A stretch of DNA of 64,000 bases from Azolla caroliniana. Lineage: Eukaryota > Plantae > Polypodiophyta. A model generated the notes under the pieces. It did no database searches, was not told the origin of the DNA, and saw only the letters and a list, made by a program, of their open reading frames with translations. The stretch is taken from contig JBHGNT010000015.1 in the NCBI GenBank assembly GCA_043228905.1, positions 2,914,001-2,978,000 on the forward strand, read 5' to 3'. The position numbers and the translations under genes are program-made. This document shows positions 22,036 to 32,559 of this stretch, piece after piece; the stretch's first letter is position 1, and every line of letters starts with the position of its first letter.

Positions 22036-22483
22036 TGTCAGGAATAGTACTAAAGCAGAGATGGAATTAGTACTAAAGAAGAGCAGTACTATTAGTACTA
22101 AGAGGACAGGACTGCGTAAGACTCCCGAGAGAGAGAGAAAGAGAGAAGCGAAAAGAGAGATAGCGAGAATGAGAGAGAGAGAAGGATGATGACAGCAGCT
22201 CTTATATTATATGAAAGATAAGTACAAATCGGCTAAGAGGCTTAAGACTGGTGTTGAACCAATTTGGTTCAACATAATGCCTACTGCCTTCTTTTATAGT
22301 GTTGTCAGGAGTAATCTTGAAACTTATAGAATGTTCCAGAGAAATCTGGAATATACATTACTTTCTTATAATAAAACATTTATTGAAAATAATATCCTAT
22401 GAATTACAATAGATGGTGTGATGGTTAAGAGCTCGACCCATATACCATAAGGTTATGGGTTCGAGTCTTGCCATATCATGACA
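22036..22483 (-). repeat. 5' LTR of element A (448 bp)
   Basis: TGTCA...TGACA termini, TATAAAAG near 22291-22298 on the minus strand, followed by a non-tRNA PBS GTTTGAACCAATTTG. Confidence 0.9.
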
Positions 22484-23401
22484 GGTGCAAACAATGCTAG
22501 TGTTGAACCGCTGAGCAAGGTTCCTACTAATCCCACACGAGCAGCTTCCGTTGGGTATCGATTGGGATGTAACTGAATAACCACGTACTTGATTCAAAAA
22601 GCCTCGAAATAGAAACCTCGTACCATCAAACTTAGTAGGGAGGCTAATCTTCGGTTCTTTGGGGTAGTTTTGAACCCCGATGCTTGTTCTCGTAATGATA
22701 ATATAGTAGCCTCGAGTTGGCGAACCCGTTGTGACAACTCTTCATATTGTTGCGTTTTCTCGGTACTCACATGTTGTAGGTTCCCGAGTAGCCTTTGATT
22801 TTCTTGCTCTAGTGCCACAAATTTATTCATGAGCATGTGGAGCTCAGAAAGGACGCGCATATATTCTTGTTTGCTGACGGACTCCATATCTTACGAGGGA
22901 AGAGGAAAAGAAAGAAGGAAACTTATTAAGGTTCTTGGAAAAGAAATAAATGAGGGAGGAAAGAAGAATTTGGTTCAAACTATCAAGATTGAGAGAGAGA
23001 GAGTGAGAGAGTGAGAGAGTATATTGTAAAGATAATGTATCGCACTAGAAGATGGAATACAATAAACAACAAGGGAGCTCTAGAATGGCATTGAACCAAA
23101 TTGGTTCATCCCTTATTATTAGATGCATATTTATAAGTCTTAATAGGGTATTCTAGAAAATCTTAGAATAAAGATTATGCTAGAATATTCTAGAACGTTC
23201 TAGAAAATAGAGCACTCTCGAATATTCCAGAACATTCTAGAACATAGAGTACTCTAGAATACTTTATGATATTCTATATAGTTTATAAATTCTTTACACA
23301 TAAATATATCATTACAATGGTTAAGAACTCGACACATATATACCAAGGTTGTGGGTTCAATTCCTTGTAAACCCAAATCGTATGTAAGTGTCATCATGAT
23401 A
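22484..23401 (-). mobile_element. Tcn1-type Gypsy element B, 5' part (LTR 22981-23401, PBS, gag start 22887)
   Basis: Gag MESVSKQEYMRV.. is paralogous to A gag. LTR termini TATCA...TGATA (decayed TGTCA..TGACA). PBS GTTTGAACCAAATT. Confidence 0.8.
23183..23242. promoter_or_regulatory. Heat shock element array (two runs of five inverted nGAAn units) in LTR of B
   Basis: GAATATTCTAGAACGTTCTAGAA (23183-23205) and GAATATTCCAGAACATTCTAGAA (23220-23242), upstream of the minus-strand TATAAAT near 23129-23135. Confidence 0.65.
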
Positions 23402-25340
23402 GGCAATGGGTAGGAGTGCAGAATCGTAAGAATTGGCGAAATACCAATTCAATTGGCAAATGGCAGCACGATAATCCTGCACCAAGTTTGGCATGTATCG
23501 ACATTGAAAAGGAGTCTGGTCTTAATTGGCATGTTAGTTGCTCGGGGGTGGTCGGGTGGATCGGCACCTTTCTTTCTCTTTCTCCTTTCTATCTATCACT
23601 AGTTTATCCTTATCTTAAGCTTACTTTCGTACCTAGATCTCTAATATTTGGTTTCAGAGCTATGTACTAATGTTTCTTTGTTTGTCTTTTGTCTTTTGAT
23701 TGATGGTGATCGATCGATGTGCGGTCAGCCTTGATCCAGACAACGATCAACAAAGAACTTCGGTAACTCTTTCCGTAATTTTTTTTTTTCTATTCTCTCT
23801 TCTCTCATCTAATCATGTGTTTAGTTTATATGTCATTTTTTTTCATTAATTCAATGATGTTGTAGTGGTCTTTAATTGATTATCTAAAACGTTTACATAT
23901 GTGCACGAGGTCAATACCTCGTTTGACATATAAATAATATGTGATGATGTCGTATGCGTACGAGGTTAATACCTCAATTACGTATTACGTTCACGAACAT
24001 ATGTTACGTTTGCAAGGTATGAGTTTAATACCTTGATTTGTTGTAAAGGATATGCGTTTGGTCTCGTATGTGTAAGAGGTCAATACCTCAATTTCGTATT
24101 ACGATGATCTCTTATTTGTGGATGTTTCGTGTGCGTAGAGGTATATACCTACATTACGTATCTCGATCACATCATTTGTGGCTATTTAATATAACGATAT
24201 GTTTAATATAGGCATATGTGGTCACGTATATACGTATTTGATTGTATATATGTGATAAGTAAACATATGTGTATATTCGTTATTACGTGATTATATCGAA
24301 AGTTGTCCTTGTAGGGAAAAGGATGTTGGTGGCCGTCCTCACATTTTTGTGAGAATGGCGTTGTCACCATCCCTTTTTCAACAATTTTTGATTGTTGACA
24401 ACCCCGTTGAAGACCTTGATTTCGTTACGAAAACAAACGCCTATAGCCATAATGATGTTGAGTACATAGGGCTTGACCCACTTCAAGTGAGGTCGCTCCA
24501 ATGACACACGTATCCAACATCCCTCCCTCATTACATGGATACGATGCCACCATGAGCTCGTTCTTACGAGAGGCATTCGTAATGACGTGACCATGTGATG
24601 GGCCACGTGGGCCTACTACGAAACGAGGGCTCATTTGGCTTGACCATTAGGTTGCACTTTGGCGTATGCCATCGTAATTACGAGACTTGAGGTTAGGTAA
24701 CGTACCAACAGAGTTTTGGTAAATGAGGGCGAAATAAGGACCCTTGACATATATGTTCTTTTAAAAAAAACATATATGATCAAATGCCTCGCATATCTCT
24801 TATACGCATCAAACATTAAGCATTCGAGAAGAGCAACTTACTTGGTTGGCTCAAGTGTTTAATGTATTTGTTCTCGAGGTCTCGAGTTCAAATATGAACA
24901 AGACCATACAACATCCTTCATACATATGACTATAACACATGTTTAGACTAAAGGTCTAAGTGCACCTCAGGGTCCTCGTAATAGGACTTAAAGAGCCGAA
25001 ACCACATATCTGGGCAAAGAAACATAGTTTATTGTTAACATTTTTTTCGTGTATAAACTACTAATGACGCGAACATACATGGTTGAGCCTCGGGGAGCCG
25101 CCATGAAGAAATCGATATAGAGATCAGGGAAAGACATTAAATTGTCACCCCCATGGTTTTTAAAACACCTTTGTGTTACCATAGTAACCTGATCTTGAAC
25201 CTCATCTCATACGTTTAGAAGGGTATTGACGTGAGATCATGATATCGATTAATGTTTGCCCATGATATGTTTACATCACGACATGATGTTATGACTATTT
25301 CTCTGACCTTATCCTATTTCTTTTCCAGAAATAATCTTTA

Positions 25341-28300
25341 ATGGCTCAAATTAACGACCCGATGTCATCCGCTCAAGCCATTTACGGGAGACAAAAAGGA
25401 AAGAACTGAAGAAGCAATTTGCACATGGTTGGGACAATGGGAGTCTCATTTTGAGCTCTATCCCACGCCAGATAGTACGAAGATTGCATATGTCGGCCGA
25501 GAACTCGGGGGTAAGGCCGTCGCCTGGTGGTGTGGGCTCCGTACTATGGGGAAATTGCCCGATACCTGGACAGATTTTGTCATGGTTTTTAAGGGCCAAT
25601 TTCTGCAACCTCCCTCTCGAACCGAGGCAGCACAAGCTTTAATGAACCTTGACATCATTTAAGAAGGAAACTTATTCAGGTTTATACACATCATTTAAGT
25701 AATTGTCAATGTTCTTTCCCTCACTATGTATTGGGTCCCAATGATTTACTACGTGCAAACGGGTATATCAATGGATCTCCCATACAATTTTTATTTGATT
25801 CGGGAAGCTCACACAATTTTGTGAATGGTCGTTTGATTAAGATATGGGGAATCCAACCCACCGTAAGTGATCACACCTACATGGTGCACTTGGCTGATGG
25901 AAGAGTACAATACATCAACGGGGTGATTCATTCATTAGGAATTTCTATTGATACTTATATAGAGGAAGTAGACTTCCATGTAATGAATCTTTGTACCACC
26001 GATGTAATACTGGGTTATCCCTGGTTTTATAATAAAAACTCTTCTTTATCTATTGATTGGGTTCATCATTCAATTACATTTGTACTGAACAATTGTACTC
26101 ATTTTATTCAATGTGTAAAAAAACAATCCCTCTCGATTGTTTCCTCATGTCCATCAATATCCGAGTTGTCTTGTTCTACTCTATTTTATTGTGTACTTGA
26201 TCCGGACAATCACGTTTATAATATCGATAATGTCTCAGTTCAATTAACATATTTTGAACAACAACAACTTGATGAAATCTTAAATGATTTTCGTGATGTT
26301 TTTCCGAGTGAACTACCAGATGGCTTACCTCCTAAACGTAATATAGACCATCGTATAGATATTGTACCTGGTGTTGCACCAATAAGTATACCTCCTTATC
26401 ACTTAAGTCGATCCGAAGAGGATGAGGTATCTAAGCAACTCAAGGACTATTTACGAATGGGTTATATACATTATAGTAAATCTCCATGGGGTGCACCAGT
26501 TCTCTTGGTTAAAAAGAAAGAGGGCACATGGCGTATGTGTATTAATTACCAACGCTTGAATAAAGTGACGATCAAGAATTCGTATCCATTGCCCCGGGCT
26601 GACGATCTAATTGACCGTCTCCAGGGAGCTCGGTATTTTACGAAACTTGATCTTTGTACTGGCTACCATCAAATACGTATAAGTGAGGACAATGTTCCTA
26701 AAACGGCATTTCGTACGCGCTATGGCTATTACGAGTTTTTGGTTATGCCTTTTGGTTTGACCAATGCTCTGGCTACTTTTCAACAAGAAATGAATGACAT
26801 TTTCCGAGAACAACTTGGAAAATTTGTCGTTATTTTCTTGGATGATATTTTAGTTTATAGCCGTACATTACAAGAACATGCTAGACATGTCCGCTTTGTT
26901 TTACAAACATTGCGTGACAAACAGTTTTATGCGAAGATCTCAAAATGTGAGTTCTTCAAGAAATCAATTACTTATCTAGGACATCTCATAACCAAACAAG
27001 GAGTTGAAATTGATCCTTCTCGCATTGAGAAAATCAAGCTTTGGCCCACTCTTCGGAATATTCGAGAAGTTCGATCATTCCTTGGTTTTGTCGGGTTTTT
27101 GCAAAAGTCTCTTCGTAATTACTCCCAATTGACGACGTCGTTTACTGATCTTTTAAAAGGTCAAACGTGTAAGTCTACAAAACCTATTGTGTGGAATGCT
27201 ACACTAGACCTCGCCTTTAAGGAACTCAAGGACCTGGTTTGCAAGGCTCCTTCACTTCTTTTACCTGATCCTTCAAAACCTTCTGAGGTTGAAACCGATG
27301 CAAGCGATTATGTTATAGGTGTTGTCTTGTATCAAGATGGTAAACCAATAGCATTCGAGAGTAAGAAACTTGATTCTACTCAATGTCGATATACCGTTCA
27401 AGAAAAGGAATTATTTGCAATTATACATGCGCCCAAAACATGGCGCCATTATCTTTATGGAAATCGCTTTGTGGTAACTACGGACTAGGAGTCCTTGAAA
27501 TATTTTTGTGACCAACAAGACCTAAAAGGTTGTAAGGCACGATGGGCAGATCTCATCCAGAACTTTGATTTTTCCATACAATATCGTAAAGGTTCCATGA
27601 ATACTTTCGTTAATGCGCTAAGTCGCATCCGTGAAGTTAACATGCTTAGCTTCACTGAAATAACATCAGATCTTTATGATCACCTTCGAGGAAAGTATCT
27701 TGATGACAGTTATTTTGCAAAATACTGGGCAAGAGTTGAGTCTGGAACAGACACCACCACATCCTCGAAGGAATACTTCCACATTGCTAACGGTTTGCTC
27801 TACCGTAATGGGAAGGTTTGTGTTCCAGATTTACCCGAGGTCAAAAAGAGGATTCTTTTTTAATGCCATGATGCACCCTCAGCAGGGCACCCTAGAATAC
27901 ATCGTACACTCGTTCTGATCTCCACTCAATTTTATTGGCCTAAGATGCGTCCTGACATACATAGCTATGTGACTAAATGTCACCAATGTCAGGTTAACAA
28001 AGCCGAGTGACTTAAAGCCACTGGACTTTTACATCCCTTGGACATTCCCAATAATAAGTGGGAAAGTATATCCATGGATTTTATTGTTAGCCTTTCTCGC
28101 ACCCAAAAAGGTCATGATTCCATCTGGGTTGTCGTTGATCGACTAACTAAAATGGCCAGATTTATTGCTACTAAAACCACGGTAACAACTCCTGAATTGG
28201 CTTACCAATTCGTTGACGAATTATTTCGTTTTTATGGATTACCGATGGATATCGTGAGTGATCGAGATCCAAAGTTTACTAGTGACTTTTGGACGCAAGT

Positions 28301-29156
28301 CTTTAAGAAGTTAGAAACTACGTTGAGCATGAGCTCCACGGATCATCCTCAATCCGATGGACAAACAGAACGAGTAAATCAAATTATTGAGGACATGCTT
28401 CGAGCATACGTTGGTGCAAAACCAACAAAATGGGAACGTTATCTCCCAATTTTGGAGTTTGCTTATAACAGCTCCAAGCATACGTCGACGGGATATAGTC
28501 CTTTTATGTTGATGTATGGTTTTCAGCCACGAGCCCCGATTGATGTTCATATACATCATGATGAGTTGCGAAGTACGCAAAACTTTCTTCGGGATATGCA
28601 AGATATGTTGCATATTGCACGAGATAATATAAAAACAGCTCAAGATAGAGGGCGTTTTTATGCCGACCATCATAGGCAACCTCGTGTATTCAACCCTGGA
28701 CAGAAGGTATTTTTACGTGTACCTCACAATTCTAAGACATTGTCTACGGGTAAGTGCGCTAAGTTAGCCCCACGGTTTTGTGGACCTTTTACAGTCCTCA
28801 AACGCATTGGGTCATCAGCCTATCGTCTCGCTCTTCCCGATGGTGTTGGAATTCATCCAGTCTTCCATGTGAGTCGTCTAAAAGAACTTCTAGGTTCTTG
28901 CGACAACACAGTTACAATTGAAACTTTGGTTACTTCTGAAGATTTATCTTCGAAACCACATGTACCAGAAAGAATTCTCGATGTTAAAACAAAAAAGTTA
29001 CATACTAAAGAAATTCGAGAATTTAAAATTAAATGGATGGACAAATCTATCAAAGATGCCACATGGGAACGCGAGAATACTCTAAGAACAAACTTCCCTA
29101 ACTTTCCATTGCAAGAGTGCAATGTTTTAAAGAAGGGGAGTATGTTACAGGCATGA
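25341..29156 (+). pseudogene. gag-pol: Element E gag (deleted) and pol with chromodomain
   Basis: [10 protein letters not shown] protease, FLDD RT, ETDASD RNase H, SMDF/SDRDPKF/HPQSDGQTER integrase, PERILD..FKIKW..DATWE chromodomain; several stops. Confidence 0.9.
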
Positions 29157-29598
29157 CCATTTAATATCCCGTGGTGAGAATTTACCTTAGTATTCTATAC
29201 ACGTGGATAAGTGTGAGGGTTAAACAAGAGTGTAAAGAAGGGGAGGATTACTTTTAATCCTCAGGATTGAGACAACCCATTAGGTCAAGTGTGAACTTGC
29301 CTAGGGGCCTTGGGTATTGCTATAAATAAGAGGCCTAGCTACCCTCATTGGATCATCTTTTTTACTACATCGAGACTCTGCTCTTGTGGTGGGTCAACTC
29401 TTGTAGCGAGCGCGCCAGCACCAGGTATGGCTCGACGCCACGGCGGTGGTATGGGACGCCGATCGAGGCTCGAGTCCGTCTCGATCCCTTCGCTCGGGGG
29501 TGGTCGGGTGGATCGGCACCCTTCTTTCTCTTTCTCCTTTCTATCTATCATTAGTTTATCCTTATCTTAAGCTTACTTTAGTACCTAGATCTCTAATA
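29143..29598 (+). repeat. 3' LTR of element E
   Basis: Starts TGTTA right after the PPT, has TATAAAT near 29320, and ends TAATA like the 5' remnant. Confidence 0.85.
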
Positions 29599-29629
29599 TT
29601 AAGCTTGCTACAACGTACACATACACCTC

Positions 29630-30685
29630 TTGTAAAATGACTCCCCTCCTCTTTTTGTTAATATATCATAACCTACCCCTCCACCACTTCCTCCTAATTT
29701 CAACTCTACCCCTACCCCATCTTCTCCTATTTTTCAACCCTACCCTCCCTAATTTTCCTTTCTATCTTCTCTTACTTTCTCTTATTTTCATCCATACCCC
29801 CCCTACTTTCCTATATTTCTTTCCCTACCCCTCCCTAATTGTTCCTTGACTTTCTCACTTCTAGCCTTTTCTATTTTTAGCCCCTTTAACTTAATTTTTG
29901 TTTTAATATTTCTCTATCCCCTTCCTTTTGTTACCTTTGAATTTTATTTTTTGCCCTTGCCCCCCTCTACGTTTTTCTTATTACAATATACCCTTTCATT
30001 TTCATATTCCTTTTTTAGTCTTCTACCCTCACCCACATGCCCATCTCTCAATTTTTTGCTTACCTTACCTCTCATCCTTTTTCTAAATCCGTAGCCTCTT
30101 CTTTTTCTTTTACTCTTTCTCCAACTTTCTATTTTTATTTTTTTACCCTCACCTATGTTTTATTTTTTCTTACCCTACCCCTCCCCCTTCTCTTCCTAAA
30201 TCTATAGCCTTCCCCCTACCCCCCCCCCCCCATTTGTTCCTTGACTTTTTAATTTCTAGCCCTTTTTATTATCACCCCCTTTAACTTAATTTTTGTTTTT
30301 CTTGTTCCCCCTTTTCTTTTCCTTCTCTCTTCCTATGTTAGTTTTTTATTTTTTCATTTTAATTTTCTTTCCCTTTTTTCCCTTGCGCCCCTCTATGTTT
30401 TTCTTATTACAAATATGACCCTTTCATTTTCATTTTCCTTTTTCAATGTGCTACCCTCGCCCATGTTCTCATTTTTTATCCTCACCCGATGTCTCACTTT
30501 TTTATTACCTTACCCCTCCTCCGTTTTATAAATCCTTTGCCTCTTCTTTTGAAGTCCCTCCTTTTTACTTTTACTTTCTCCACCTTTCTATTTTTATTTT
30601 TTCTACCCTCATATCAAGTTTTACTTTTTCTTACCCTACCCCTCCCTATCCTCTTCCTAACTCTATATCCTTCCTCTTGCCCCAC

Positions 30686-30740
<55 letters not shown>

Positions 30741-31045
30741 TTTTTCACATTTCCCCATCCTCTCTCCCCCTTATGTATACTCATTCCTCTCTCTCTCTCT
30801 CCTCCCTCTTTCCTTGCATTCTCATCGTCTCACCTATTCCTCATTTCCCCTCTCTCTTAACTCCCTTTCTAAATTTCATATCCTCACTCTATCTCTCTCT
30901 TTTCTTATCCCCCCTTTTACATTATAACCTCTTTCCCTATAGCAAAACCTTCCATTTATCACATTAAAGCCCATAAAATCCTTTTCCTTCTTATCCAAAT
31001 CTTCCCCCTTTTCAATCATACCCATTAGCACACCTCCACGCCCCA
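29630..31045. repeat. Pyrimidine-rich low-complexity tract with internal duplication and (CT)n
   Basis: Strong C/T skew; about 29840-30200 resembles about 30234-30670; (CT)n at 30688-30737; adjacent to the gap. Confidence 0.8.
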
Positions 31046-31145
31046 NNNNNNNNNNNNNNNNNNNNNNNNNNNNNNNNNNNNNNNNNNNNNNNNNNNNNNN
31101 NNNNNNNNNNNNNNNNNNNNNNNNNNNNNNNNNNNNNNNNNNNNN
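31046..31145. other. Assembly gap (100 N)
   Basis: Run of N. Confidence 1.
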
Positions 31146-32518
31146 AACTTTGCAAAGCTCAAGCCATGGGGGGGGAAACCATCATAAACCCCTTTAAGAT
31201 GAAGCACCATTTGCACCAAATCCATTATGTTTATCGCATAACGCCAACATTCCATTACATCTCAAATAGAATCATCCTTCAAGTATAATATAATTAGGCA
31301 TTAAGACCCAAATGTTAATACCGATTCTAATCACAATATCTAACAACTCACATGAATATACGCCAACCAATACATTGAACTTCTAGTTTATGTTATTAGG
31401 TCTCTCATGATTAGTGAAATGCATGAGTTGCTCCCAATCCTAACTTCATTGATTCCATATGACCTCCTTGGAGTATTCATCAACCTTTTCCTCTTTCATC
31501 AAATTTGATCACCAAGTAAAACTTAGAAACATAGATGTACATTGCATGCCAAAGCACAATGGAAAAATATTGCGGTTATAAATAATGTGAAGTATTAATC
31601 TAAATATTATTGTTGAATAATTAGTATTCATACAATAATGATCTTGGTTTTTGCTCAGTTCTTTCTTCAAAATGTTTTGCAAATTGGCAATATACTCCCC
31701 AACTTCCATACTTTTTTTGGTGAATCTCTTTATATGCACCTAATTTCCAGAGAAAACGTGGCCACTAATACAACATTAAAGATTATTATTTCCATTACGA
31801 TGTAAAATTTGACATTGGAGAAAATGTACTTCAACAAGGTGACAAAATTAGTGAATGCTAATTGTAACGTCAACTTATGATTGTTGGTTGCACAATGGTT
31901 TCTATTTGTTTAAAATTTCTCCACAATTGTTGTTTGAGGTTATGCACACAACCCAAGGGTAGTTGAGATTAAAATTCTCATCTTGAAAATATGGCTTTAC
32001 AAGTCACTTTCCACAATACAAGATTGAGATAAGCATGAAATGTGATCCCGATTCCCAATGAGTTGACCAACTAATCCGCTTCTATATCTATCTATCGATC
32101 TATATCCCAATGGTCATACATACATACATACATATATATATACATTGTCATGCATGAAGATAAGCATGAAATGTGATCCCAATAAATGGACCTTAGCCAC
32201 TTATATGAATGACAATTACATTTGTCACCAATACTTACAATTTACACTTCTATGTATGAGAATAGCTGAATTGCAACATTATGCTTTGTATGGGAAGACA
32301 TCACTAAGATTGAGTTACATACCTTGTGTTATGCCAAATAGAAGTATGTAACAATCACAAGGGGCAATACTTGACCAATGTTAGTGAGAATGTTGTTCTT
32401 GTTCCGAACCTCCTTATCAAGGCCAAACATTCCAGGAATGCATGAACATGTCGTGGTTTAGAATCTTATTTGAAACCATGTTCCTAATGATTGGAAATAA
32501 CAATATCAAGTTAAAACT

Positions 32519-32520
<2 letters not shown>

Positions 32521-32558
<38 letters not shown>
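32521..32558. repeat. (AC)n microsatellite
   Basis: Seen directly. Confidence 0.95.

Positions 32559-32559
<1 letters not shown>

Larger units (their letters stand above)
1707..22483 (-). mobile_element. Ty3/Gypsy chromovirus A (Tcn1/Tf1-sushi-like), interrupted by elements C and D
   Basis: 5' LTR 22036-22483, gag 21963-20976, protease (LLDSGA) and RT 20812-19490, RT/RNase H 9281-8802 and 3495-3190, integrase 3200-2470, chromodomain about 2090-1930, truncated 3' LTR 1707-1890. Confidence 0.9.
23540..29598 (+). mobile_element. Ty3/Gypsy chromovirus E (tRNA-Met primed), 5' LTR truncated
   Basis: LTR remnant 23540-23646 matches 29492-29598. PBS TGGTTTCAGAGC 23649-23660, leader of about 1.7 kb, PPT AAGAAGGGGAG, 3' LTR 29143-29598. 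Confidence 0.88.

Noticed and set aside
23900-24155. CRISPR-like spacing of palindromic repeats
   Set aside because: Eukaryotic retrotransposon leader; the repeats are short and degenerate, the spacers resemble each other, and there are no cas genes.
24590-25025. Hammerhead ribozyme near GTGATGGGCC..GGCC..CGAAAC and GAGCC..GGGC..GAAAC
   Set aside because: The CUGANGA core is absent and GAAA does not directly follow stem II.
29637-30967. Hydrophobic F/L/S/P-rich ORFs
   Set aside because: Artefacts of C/T low-complexity sequence.
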